A stretch of DNA of 61,027 bases, the filler included. It is 5 parts of 5 records of this genome, joined end to end, with 100 filler letters (N's around TTAATTAATTAA, not from the genome) between each part and the next. Parts side by side here need not be neighbours in the genome. Positions count along the whole stretch, not along the records: positions 49,802 to 61,027 come from SRR31156797_900; 4 more parts are not named here. One strand, given 5' to 3'. Positions 50,482 to 59,317 of the stretch are shown here, one piece after another; the first letter of the stretch is position 1; every line of letters begins with the position of its first letter. A program made the position numbers and the translations under genes. The notes beneath the pieces are model-generated. The model did not search any database. It was not told the DNA's origin and worked only from the letters and a program-made list of their open reading frames with translations.

Positions 50482-51444
50482 TCAATCCATGACTTCTTCG
50501 ATGGCGGCGACAATCTTTTGGGCGTTGGGCAGGATGTGTTGTTCAATATACCCGCCGGCAATGGGATAATTGGCGGCGCAGACCCTCTTGATCGGGGCGT
50601 CCAGGGAATCGAAAGCATGCTCAATTATCTGGAAACCGAGTTCCGCGGCAAAACCGCAGCGCTCCGTATCTTCATCAGCAATGACAACCTTTCCGGTTTT
50701 TCGCACGGACTTGAGGATGGTTTCCAAATCAAGGGGCTCAAGGGTTCTGGGATCGATCACTTCGACGCTGATCCTGCCCTCCAGTTCCTGCGCCGCCTGA
50801 AGCGCATAATGGACCATCATAGAGTTGGCCACTACGGTAACGTCCTTACCTTCTTTGCTCACTTCAGCCGCGCCGAAGGGTACTGTGTAATCTTCCTCGG
50901 GAACGTCGCCGGTAAGCCCCAGGAGCATCTTGTGCCAGAAGAAGCAGACCGGGTTGTTATCCCGAATGGCTGTCTTGAGCAATCCCTTGGCGTCGTAGGG
51001 AGTGCTGGGGACGGCCAGCTTGATGCCCGGATTGTGTAGAATCATGGCCGACGGAATTTGCGAATGCTCGTTGGCCAGCATCATTCCGCCGCCCACGACG
51101 CCCATGAAAACCAGGGGCAGATCGATCTTGCCTCCATGCAGGAATCGCCATTGAGGCGCCTTTAGAAAAACCTCGTCTCCGGCCACGTACATGAAGTCGG
51201 CAAACATGAAGTCCACCACGGGCCGGTACCCGGCCATGGCCGCGCCCAGCCCCACTCCGGCAATACCGGTTTCACAAATGGGAGAGTCCATAATCCGGTC
51301 CGGTCCGAACTGCTGGACCAGGCCGGTGGTAGCGCCGAAGGATCCCCCCTGGACGCTTTCACCCACAACAAATACTTTTTCGTCACGCTTCATTTCTTCA
51401 GCCAGGGCCTCGTTAACGGCCTGGACGTACATAAGCTCTCTCAT
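50482..51444 (-). CDS. 2-oxoacid/acetoin dehydrogenase-like E1 beta subunit
   Basis: D.PI.E, F.DF, HSQ, DAKGLL, EVIDPRTL.PLD, LDAPIKRV; GGAGG RBS favours 51444. Confidence 0.92.
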   Translation of the reverse strand: MRELMYVQAVNEALAEEMKRDEKVFVVGESVQGGSFGATTGLVQQFGPDRIMDSPICETGIAGVGLGAAMAGYRPVVDFMFADFMYVAGDEVFLKAPQWRFLHGGKIDLPLVFMGVVGGGMMLANEHSQIPSAMILHNPGIKLAVPSTPYDAKGLLKTAIRDNNPVCFFWHKMLLGLTGDVPEEDYTVPFGAAEVSKEGKDVTVVANSMMVHYALQAAQELEGRISVEVIDPRTLEPLDLETILKSVRKTGKVVIADEDTERCGFAAELGFQIIEHAFDSLDAPIKRVCAANYPIAGGYIEQHILPNAQKIVAAIEEVMD

Positions 51445-51460
51445 GTCTGGACCTCCCATC

Positions 51461-52438
51461 CTATTGTGCGTACAGAAGCTGGTCCAAGCCGGTCGGCTCG
51501 GCATTGGGGCTCTCGTCGGCGAACTTTTCCGCGGCTGCGGTTTCTTCCGCGGCAGCCTGGTCTATCCGTTCAACGTCCTCCCGGGTCAGCACGCCCTGTT
51601 CAAGAAGTTGCTCGCGGCAAATTAGAATGGGGTCCCGCTTCCTCTGCTCGTTGATTTCTTCCTCACTCCTCATCTCACCGCCTTTGAAGTCGGGAATGCC
51701 CACTGCGTGGGAACAAAAGCGGTGGCACTTCAATTCAACCATGGACGGCCCCTTGCCGGCGCGCGCCCTTTCAACAGCAGCCAGGACCGTCTCGGCCACG
51801 GCGACCACGTCCTGGCCGTCAGCGACTACTCCGGGCATGCCGTATCCCTGGGCCAGGCTGGAGATGTCCTCGACCGGATGGGCATTTTCCGCTGAAACGA
51901 ACATTCCGATGCCGTTGTTCTCGCAGATAAATACTATCGGCAGCTTCCAGTTGCAGGCCATAAGGGCGGCTTCATGAAATGTTCCCCGGTTCGATGTTCC
52001 GTCGCCGAAACAACAGACCGCAGCCTGGCCCCTGTTGTTTTTCTTGGCCGCCAGCCCCCAGCCCACAGAGACCGGGAAGCAGGAGCCGACCGTACCGGCC
52101 GCGCCCATCAAGCCAAATTCCGGCGACGCGCCATGGAAGGTGGACATCCCGCCGCAGCACCCTGTGGCCTTGCCCGTGTGCTCGGCCAAATATTCTTTGG
52201 GATCGGCGCCCTTGCTGATCATGTGGGGCAGTCCATGGCCGCGAAGATGAGGGAACAGGTAGTCATCGGGCCGGAGAAAACTGCACGCCCCCACCCCCGG
52301 GGCCTCTCCGCCCTCGGCCGGATGGTAGAAGCCCAGCAATCGGCCCTCGGAAAGCCTCCTGACGAATAATTCGTCAAAGGCCCGGGTCCGGACCAGGTTC
52401 GTATATAGAGTAATCAGTTGTTCCTTGGTCAAAGACAT
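51461..52438 (-). CDS. ThDP-dependent dehydrogenase E1 alpha subunit
   Basis: GDG..N.G.FHE...ENN ThDP motif; AAGGAGG RBS favours 52438. Confidence 0.92.
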   Translation of the reverse strand: MSLTKEQLITLYTNLVRTRAFDELFVRRLSEGRLLGFYHPAEGGEAPGVGACSFLRPDDYLFPHLRGHGLPHMISKGADPKEYLAEHTGKATGCCGGMSTFHGASPEFGLMGAAGTVGSCFPVSVGWGLAAKKNNRGQAAVCCFGDGTSNRGTFHEAALMACNWKLPIVFICENNGIGMFVSAENAHPVEDISSLAQGYGMPGVVADGQDVVAVAETVLAAVERARAGKGPSMVELKCHRFCSHAVGIPDFKGGEMRSEEEINEQRKRDPILICREQLLEQGVLTREDVERIDQAAAEETAAAEKFADESPNAEPTGLDQLLYAQ

Positions 52439-52607
52439 AGCGAACCTCCTTATTTCAACAAAGCCAAGCAATAGTGAATCGCGACATCGCGCCCTATATT
52501 GTCTTTATTTACTAATATGACGGGCTGCGGGCTGCCGCCCCGAATGCCCTTTAATTTCTCATAGATCATCAGGAGCCTTATCAAGGCTAAGATTACTAAC
52601 TCTTTCT

Positions 52608-54149
52608 TCAACTGCTTCCGGTATGGAGAAAATGATCAGCCAGTAACGTTTTGGCGCCAAGCTTGCCGGAGATTGAGCAGGAATAGATCCCGCCGCTGGG
52701 ATAAACATACTGGCCGACATGGTACAGCCCCTCGATCGGCGTCTTTATGGGGCCCCGGTTCAAGCCGCTTTGCTCCGGCGTATTGGCCAGACCATGAATA
52801 CCGCCGGCCGTTGCCGACGTATATCTTTCCAGGGTCAGGGGCGTGGCGATTTCCATACACGAGATTCTGCTTCCCAGGTCCGGAATATACTTCTCCATGT
52901 TCCGGATAATCCTGTCGGCCAAATCCTCTTTGAAGGAACGATATTCAGACTTGTCGTCACCTTGTATAAACCATTTTTCCGGATGTTCATAAGGGCACAG
53001 GCAGGAAATGTTTACGGCCCGCCGCCCTTCCGGCGCCATTTCCTCACCCTGGACGGTAATAAGCCCATTTGATGTTATGGCTTCCATGTCCCAATTTATC
53101 ACCCGCTCATATGTGGGCTCGGAACTCGGAAAGACTAATGACGAAACGTTTTCCAGGCCTTTCCCGTCCGTCACTCCAAGGAAAACCTGAAAGAGAGAAC
53201 CGGATGGTTTTTTATTCCATACCCGCCGGGCAAATTCCGGATCCAACAACCCGGATTTCAACATTTTGAAATAGGTCTGCTCGTCAGATGCGGCGGAGAC
53301 CACGGCTTTTGCCCTGATTTCATCGCCGCCTCCGACAACCGCCCCGACGGCCCGTCCATCCTTGACTATCACCTCATCAACCCGTTTATTCACCACTACC
53401 TGGCCGCCCTGCGCCTCTATGTACCGGACCAGCAAGTCTATGAGGGTTTTTACTCCGCCATGAATCAGGCTCATCCCCTCTCCTGTATGGTGCGAACTCC
53501 AGACTCTGGCGAAGGTCAAAAAGCTTTGCTGTTCAAGCGGAAGCGTGGTGTACGCGCCGACCAGGGTTAAAAAGAAAACCAGATCGGGATTTAAATGTGA
53601 AAAGCGATCCTGTATGAATTCTTTTGTGGTCTTTCCCAAGTACCTGACGAAAAGAGGATACCTTGCGGAGATGATTTCAGGGTCGGGCGGTCCTGTCAGA
53701 GAATCGAGGTATTCGCATGCCGCATTGACCTCCAGCATATCTTCGAGAAAAGCATCTATCCCGTTAGTCTGGCCCGGGAAAAGATTTATGAGGTTTTGCC
53801 GGTATTTCTTCAGGTCAAGGTCGCCCTCAATACGGCGATCGCCAATGTAAGCCGCGTAAGAAGGCCTGATAGGGATCAACCTCAGTTGTTGGCCGATCCC
53901 CTTCAGCGTTTCGTAAAGAGGCGCATTTTTATCCCTTATTCTGGTTACCCTGTGCCCTCCGGCCTCGAATGTGAATCCCTTTCTCCGGAAAGAACCGGTC
54001 ATGCCTCCGGGTTGAAAATGTTGTTCCAAAACCAATACGCTCAAACCGGACCGGGCCAGGTCCACGGCGCAGATAAGACCGGAGATGCCTGCGCCGACGA
54101 CCACCGCATCATACCGGGTCCTTTTGATCTCCCTCTGGTATTTCATCAA
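52608..54149 (-). CDS. Phytoene-desaturase-like (COG1233) FAD oxidoreductase
   Basis: VVGAGISG, LEQH..PGG...F.R.GF.FE.G, ATPLT.ERY....G.I.G, IEGLY.VG...P.GG. Confidence 0.88.
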   Translation of the reverse strand: MMKYQREIKRTRYDAVVVGAGISGLICAVDLARSGLSVLVLEQHFQPGGMTGSFRRKGFTFEAGGHRVTRIRDKNAPLYETLKGIGQQLRLIPIRPSYAAYIGDRRIEGDLDLKKYRQNLINLFPGQTNGIDAFLEDMLEVNAACEYLDSLTGPPDPEIISARYPLFVRYLGKTTKEFIQDRFSHLNPDLVFFLTLVGAYTTLPLEQQSFLTFARVWSSHHTGEGMSLIHGGVKTLIDLLVRYIEAQGGQVVVNKRVDEVIVKDGRAVGAVVGGGDEIRAKAVVSAASDEQTYFKMLKSGLLDPEFARRVWNKKPSGSLFQVFLGVTDGKGLENVSSLVFPSSEPTYERVINWDMEAITSNGLITVQGEEMAPEGRRAVNISCLCPYEHPEKWFIQGDDKSEYRSFKEDLADRIIRNMEKYIPDLGSRISCMEIATPLTLERYTSATAGGIHGLANTPEQSGLNRGPIKTPIEGLYHVGQYVYPSGGIYSCSISGKLGAKTLLADHFLHTGSS

Positions 54150-54164
54150 CCGTTCTTTCCGCGA

Positions 54165-55481
54165 TCAAACATTTGAGAAGTTCCATTTTTCAATGGGTCG
54201 GAATAGAATCCGGTCGCCCTCCACTCGTCTTGAGGCCCCGCCTTCGGCCAAAACCTTGGCCACAAGCAGTTCCGGGACGGAAGGTATATAAGGCATGGAC
54301 AACCCAAGTTTGAACACAACATATTTGTTGGTCGATCGCCTCAATTCTTCAACAATCTCAGGAATCGTCGCCTCGCCGATCCTGGAATGCGCCTGGAGGG
54401 TTTCTTCCCGGAGACTGGAAAAATAATCAACCCACATCCGGTAGAAAGACGTGCATTCATCCCTACCCCGAGCCACGTCCACAAGTTGCAGGGGATCAAG
54501 AGGTTCGACGCCCCATGCGGTAAACAGTCTGATCCACCACTGTGAAGTGCGGTGAGCATCGGTGGCCATGACAATGTCGCCCTGCTCCGACATGCAGAGG
54601 CATTTTTGACATATTTCAATGCAGGCATTGAAACCGCAGTCGAAAAACGGCGGGTTGATTTCCAGGGTGGCGTCCCCGGTGATCATTAATTTGTTCAGGG
54701 GATCGTAAATGCAAATGTGCCCGGGACTCTGGGATGCATCGTGGATGGCAAAAAACCGCCCCACCGACCAGCCTTGAAATTCAACATCGCCGAAACGCCT
54801 GGTCTCCCTGCTTTCCAGGGATAGCATTTCGGCCTTATCGATCACGTAAGTGCTCAAATCAGGGCATAGGACATTGGTCAGGACCGATTCCCAAGCGGCA
54901 AAAGCGCTGTCATAGTCATATTCGGCCGGCAGTGATTCAATGATTTGCCAGGTTTCCTGATATTTGGGATCGTTATACTCCGGAAAAGCCTTGGCCCATT
55001 CGGCGTAAAACCTGAGACCGTCGGGTATCATGACCAGGGGGTCGTAATATTCCCTGGCTTTATGGAAATTGGCTATCATATGATCCGGAATATTGATGGT
55101 GTGGAATTCGGGTTCGGGCAGAAGGAACCGGACCCGCTCATATCCGGCTTCATAAATTATGTCGTTGTTCTTTCCGTGGTCCCAGTGACCATGGCTTACC
55201 ATGAGTATGAGTTCCTTGGCGCCTTCCTTTACGAACCGACGAAGAATGGAAAGTATCCTGTCGCGATAGAAGGCATGGTGACCTGAATCCACCATCAAAA
55301 CCATATCCCCGTCGCGCATAATAAAGATGTTGCATGTCGGTGGACTGGTGAAAAACATTGTTCCGGCATGCCCCTCCAGAAGCCACACGTCCGGCGCGAT
55401 TTCCATGACGCGCGATTGTTCGAGCTCTTCAAGCATTCCCGGGTCGCAGAAAGGATTGCACAGCAAGCTTGTATCGGACAT
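54165..55481 (-). CDS. Metallo-beta-lactamase-fold hydrolase
   Basis: VDSG, SHGHWDH (HxHxDH), SPGH, TGD, DAH; AGGAG RBS. Confidence 0.85.
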   Translation of the reverse strand: MSDTSLLCNPFCDPGMLEELEQSRVMEIAPDVWLLEGHAGTMFFTSPPTCNIFIMRDGDMVLMVDSGHHAFYRDRILSILRRFVKEGAKELILMVSHGHWDHGKNNDIIYEAGYERVRFLLPEPEFHTINIPDHMIANFHKAREYYDPLVMIPDGLRFYAEWAKAFPEYNDPKYQETWQIIESLPAEYDYDSAFAAWESVLTNVLCPDLSTYVIDKAEMLSLESRETRRFGDVEFQGWSVGRFFAIHDASQSPGHICIYDPLNKLMITGDATLEINPPFFDCGFNACIEICQKCLCMSEQGDIVMATDAHRTSQWWIRLFTAWGVEPLDPLQLVDVARGRDECTSFYRMWVDYFSSLREETLQAHSRIGEATIPEIVEELRRSTNKYVVFKLGLSMPYIPSVPELLVAKVLAEGGASRRVEGDRILFRPIEKWNFSNV

Positions 55482-55529
55482 TTATCCTGCTCCTTTTGAT
55501 GATGTTGTTGATTAGATGGATTTTTTAGG

Positions 55530-55546
55530 AGCAAGATGTGAGCCAA
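55530..55546 (-). promoter_or_regulatory. Sigma54 (-24/-12) promoter of the MBL-E1 operon
   Basis: Minus strand TTGGCTCACATCTTGCT (GG-N10-GC), about 50 nt upstream of the ATG. Confidence 0.75.
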
Positions 55547-55714
55547 GCAGCCTCCTGTTTTTATATAGTTGATATTTAAGGCAATATTTACTTTGGCCTT
55601 CATATCGTCGATTATCCTGTCTAAATATAGACATAAAAATGTCGTCATATAGGCAGCTGTCTTGACCTTAAAACCTAATTGCTTTAACATAACCGGCAAA
55701 TCACATGTCAGGAG

Positions 55715-58700
55715 ATGATCATGGCCCGGGACATACCGAAATTCTCACAGGAGCAGTGGGAGTTTCTTGCGACTATTGAAGCCTTCGGCCGACCGGTTCA
55801 TATAAGTGCGGTTGGTGAACTGGTTCCTCTTAAGCCGGGTCCTTATCTTGATTTGATCCACCAGGCAGGCAAACTGGGTTGGCTGCAAGAGACGGAACAG
55901 GACACGTATCATCTCTCCGGCGGCCTCCCAGAGGCGATCAGGCGGAAACTGAAGCAAATCAACAACCCGGACCACATAAACAATCTTCTGAAACGCATCG
56001 ACCAGTTGAAACTCCGCGAGCGCATTAATCCAGAGTTGTTGTCCAGCCTTCTTCGCCGGACCGGGAGTGAATATGAGACAGCGGCAATGGAAAACGAAAT
56101 GGCCCATGAGGCTGTCAAGAAGGGCGATATCTCCTCTGCCTTGACCCACATCAATGAGGCGGTCTCCTGCCTGTCCGGTTTGAGCGGCCGACCGGAGGCC
56201 GAAGCTTTGTTTGTTTCAGCCGTCCTGCTACAGTCCGACCTTCGCTTGAGAAAGGGTGAAAAGCTGGCTGAGGCGCCGAAACTGTTGCGCCAGGCCCGCG
56301 ACGCAGCCGATGCATTGGGCGACCGTCGGTCCCGGGCCCTGGCCGACCTTCATCTGGGTAGGTTTTCCTATGTCAGCGACAACCTGGAAGGCGCCCTGAC
56401 CGCTTTCAGCGCCGGGTTGCATGAAGTCGAGGAACTGGGCGATGAAGACATCCTGGCTCAATCAGCCGAGTTTGTCGGTCTCTACTATTTTCTTCAGGGT
56501 ATGTATAAAGAAGCGATCAAGCATTTCGACAGGGCCATGTTGTCCAACAATTCAAAAAAAGACAACCCGGCCGGCTTTTTCCTTTCATATACATCCGGCT
56601 ATTGCGCCGCCTACCTGGGCAGGTTCAACCAGGCCGTGGGGATTTTTGATTACAATTGGCGTCGCTACAAGCAAAATTCAGAACCCGCCCTGGCAGCTCT
56701 TTTCCAATCCGCTTTGGGAGTGGCCTTGTTGATGATGGGAAAAAAACGCCAGGCTCTTTTTCACCTTCAGCAGGCTCATGAAGAAAGCCGGCGCATTCAT
56801 AACCCGCGATCAACTTTGCTGGCGCAAGCCGGCATGTCTTATCACCATTTTTTGGCAGGACGGCTCGAAGAATCCGCCAGGATCATGATCCAGAGCCTGG
56901 CCGAAGCGGCGGGGACTGATTTCGAGGTTCGCCAATACTCTTTCCCCTGGCTTCTTGAACAATTATACGCCTTTCAGCAACTGGACATAAATTTCCAGAA
57001 TCCTTATTTTCCTTTTGACCGGGAAATAAAACGCATTATCACCGGCCCCAATATTCACCTACGCGGGGTCGCGTACAGGATCCTGGCCAGGGAGGCCATG
57101 AAACTTTCCAATAACGCTGAACAGGTCCGCTCCAAACTTGAAATCAGTCAACGTTATTTAAAACGCTCCGGCGATCCCGTGGAACTGGCAAAAACAAGGA
57201 TCGAAATGGCCAGGTGCGAGTTGACGGCCGGCAACCGGACCGGCGCCGGCAACCTGGCCCGCGAAGCTTTTCAAGGAGTATCGATTAGCGGCGGAGCACT
57301 TTTTCCGGATGAATTAAAGTTCCTGTTAGAGGAAAAACCAGCCGGCCCGGCGATGCAAGGCGCTCAAAACGAGGTGATAGAACGCCTGCTGGATATTATG
57401 GAGGAATTCATTCCCAGTGCGGACCTGGATGAGTTATTGGCGAGGGTCGCGGCCGTATCAACAAAGTTCTATGGCGCCGAACGTTGCGGACTTTTTTGGT
57501 TCCCGGAATCGGAATCAGGTCGCACCCCGGAACTTCGGGCTTCATATAACCTCTCCAACGAAGAGGTCGAAGCAAAAGATTTTCAGCCCAACCTGAATAT
57601 GGTCATTCAGGCCTTTCGGCGCAACCAGCCGCTAATCGCCAGGGCTCAACCCGACACGGAAGAAGCTTTCGACGCCAAAACCCGCGCCGCCCTCTGCCTG
57701 CCATTTGAGATCAGAAGCAGAGTCCGCGGCGTGCTGTATCACGATTGTTTTTATATCGACAAATGCTTCGAATTCATCGATCAAATCCTGCTCAAGAAAA
57801 TTGCCGGGCAGATGAGCGCTTACATAGAGCGAATCTGGGAATACAGCAGCCTGATGGAAAAAAAGATGCACGTTATTCCCGGACGATATGCACCGCTGGA
57901 GAATGAAAGCGATAAGGAAATAATTACTCAAAAACGGGTGATGTTCGATCTGTTGGACAAGGCTGCTCAGGTCGCCGATTCGGAGGCGTCGGTTTTAATT
58001 CTTGGTGAAACAGGCGTGGGGAAGGAATTAATGGCTCAAAAGCTGCACACATTGAGCCGGCGGTCGCAAGGACCATTCGTAGTCGTGGATATGACTACCA
58101 TACCGGAAAACCTGGTTGAAAGCGAGCTCTTCGGCCATGAAAAAGGGGCGTTTACCGGAGCCGACCGGCGGAAACAGGGCCGCATTGAACTGGCCGACCA
58201 GGGGACGTTGTTTATCGATGAAATAGGCGAGGCCCCCTGGTCCATCCAAAACAAACTTCTTCGAGTGATCCAGGAAAAGACCTTTCAGCGGATCGGTGGA
58301 ACTCGCCCATTGACATCCGATTTCCGTTTACTGGCCGCAACCAACAGAGACCTTGCCGCGGAAGTAAACGAAGGACGTTTTCGAGAAGATCTTTATTACA
58401 GGCTCAACGTAATCCCAATTACGATCCCGCCCTTGAGGGAAAGAGGCCGGGATATTGTTCTTTTGGCCCGGCATTTTATAAGCCGCTACACCAGGAAGCA
58501 CAATAGGCCCGATCTTCATCTTTCCACCGATAATGAAGCCTCGCTGACCGGCTATCACTGGCCGGGAAACGTGCGGGAACTGCAAAACGTTATTGAAAGA
58601 GCGGTATTATTGGCCAAAGGAGAAACGTTGGAGATAAATGTACCTCAAGAGTCAAAAGCCAATCAGACCGACCCGTTTTTAGATACACCAACCGCGGAAG

Positions 58701-58837
58701 AACTTTTAAAACGGTACATAAAATTCATACTCAACAAAACAGGTGGAAAAATAAGCGGTCCCGGGGGCGCCGCCGAAATATTGGGCATGAAGCGAACTAC
58801 GCTATACTCGAAAATGAAGAAACTTGGAATGGAGTAA
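55715..58837 (+). CDS. Sigma54-dependent enhancer-binding protein (TPR-like N-terminus, GAF, AAA+, HTH)
   Basis: Reads on + (ATG ATC ATG GCC at 55715; TAA ends at 58837), contrary to the track label; GETGVGKE, GAFTGA, WPGNVRELQN, C-terminal HTH. Confidence 0.94.
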   Translation: MIMARDIPKFSQEQWEFLATIEAFGRPVHISAVGELVPLKPGPYLDLIHQAGKLGWLQETEQDTYHLSGGLPEAIRRKLKQINNPDHINNLLKRIDQLKLRERINPELLSSLLRRTGSEYETAAMENEMAHEAVKKGDISSALTHINEAVSCLSGLSGRPEAEALFVSAVLLQSDLRLRKGEKLAEAPKLLRQARDAADALGDRRSRALADLHLGRFSYVSDNLEGALTAFSAGLHEVEELGDEDILAQSAEFVGLYYFLQGMYKEAIKHFDRAMLSNNSKKDNPAGFFLSYTSGYCAAYLGRFNQAVGIFDYNWRRYKQNSEPALAALFQSALGVALLMMGKKRQALFHLQQAHEESRRIHNPRSTLLAQAGMSYHHFLAGRLEESARIMIQSLAEAAGTDFEVRQYSFPWLLEQLYAFQQLDINFQNPYFPFDREIKRIITGPNIHLRGVAYRILAREAMKLSNNAEQVRSKLEISQRYLKRSGDPVELAKTRIEMARCELTAGNRTGAGNLAREAFQGVSISGGALFPDELKFLLEEKPAGPAMQGAQNEVIERLLDIMEEFIPSADLDELLARVAAVSTKFYGAERCGLFWFPESESGRTPELRASYNLSNEEVEAKDFQPNLNMVIQAFRRNQPLIARAQPDTEEAFDAKTRAALCLPFEIRSRVRGVLYHDCFYIDKCFEFIDQILLKKIAGQMSAYIERIWEYSSLMEKKMHVIPGRYAPLENESDKEIITQKRVMFDLLDKAAQVADSEASVLILGETGVGKELMAQKLHTLSRRSQGPFVVVDMTTIPENLVESELFGHEKGAFTGADRRKQGRIELADQGTLFIDEIGEAPWSIQNKLLRVIQEKTFQRIGGTRPLTSDFRLLAATNRDLAAEVNEGRFREDLYYRLNVIPITIPPLRERGRDIVLLARHFISRYTRKHNRPDLHLSTDNEASLTGYHWPGNVRELQNVIERAVLLAKGETLEINVPQESKANQTDPFLDTPTAEELLKRYIKFILNKTGGKISGPGGAAEILGMKRTTLYSKMKKLGME

Positions 58838-59034
58838 ATAAGGAGTCCCCGGATCACAGATCCTCCAGATCCCTCCATTTATTATTTTTGGATAACTTGC
58901 AGTCCGGTCCGACCGGACAAAATTCTTATCGCACCGTAAAATGAGCGTTTTAAACAATTCCAAACCAACTGCCCCACAATAGTCCTATCGGATTAAAAGG
59001 CTGTTTTTCTTCATAATTTAACATTCTCCAACAT

Positions 59035-59051
59035 TTGGCACAACCGTTGCT
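59035..59051 (+). promoter_or_regulatory. Sigma54 (-24/-12) promoter
   Basis: TTGGCACAACCGTTGCT, an essentially perfect TGGCAC-N5-TTGC. Confidence 0.8.
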
Positions 59052-59092
59052 CTATGTGTCGCAAAATTCGTAAGTCGTCAGGGAGGCGAATT

Positions 59093-59251
59093 ATGAAAAA
59101 TGAAGAAGTGAATTTGATTTTATCAATAACAAAAGTTTTAATGCGCCGGAGACCCATTTTCAGGTCAGACATCATTATCAATAACGGCGACGGCCCGGAT
59201 ACGGCCGAACTGTCGGCAAAGGGAATTTTGTCGGGGCAGAGGCAAAATTAA
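59093..59251 (+). CDS. Small hypothetical protein (52 aa)
   Basis: GGAGG 7 nt before ATG, just downstream of the sigma54 promoter. Confidence 0.4.
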   Translation: MKNEEVNLILSITKVLMRRRPIFRSDIIINNGDGPDTAELSAKGILSGQRQN

Positions 59252-59317
59252 ATCCTGGCAGCCAAACAGCAATCATCATCAATAAACATTTAATTAAATA
59301 TGGGGAGTAAAAATATC

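Noticed and set aside
52608-54149. Carotenoid biosynthesis (crtI)
   Set aside because: No crtB/crtE nearby; context is catabolic and COG1233 is functionally broad
54165-55481. Antibiotic-resistance beta-lactamase
   Set aside because: No signal peptide, 438 aa with large insertions, metabolic operon context
59205-59270. GGCAAA motifs upstream of the MCP suggesting a c-di-GMP-I riboswitch
   Set aside because: No GNRA-capped P2 stem or matching P3 could be built
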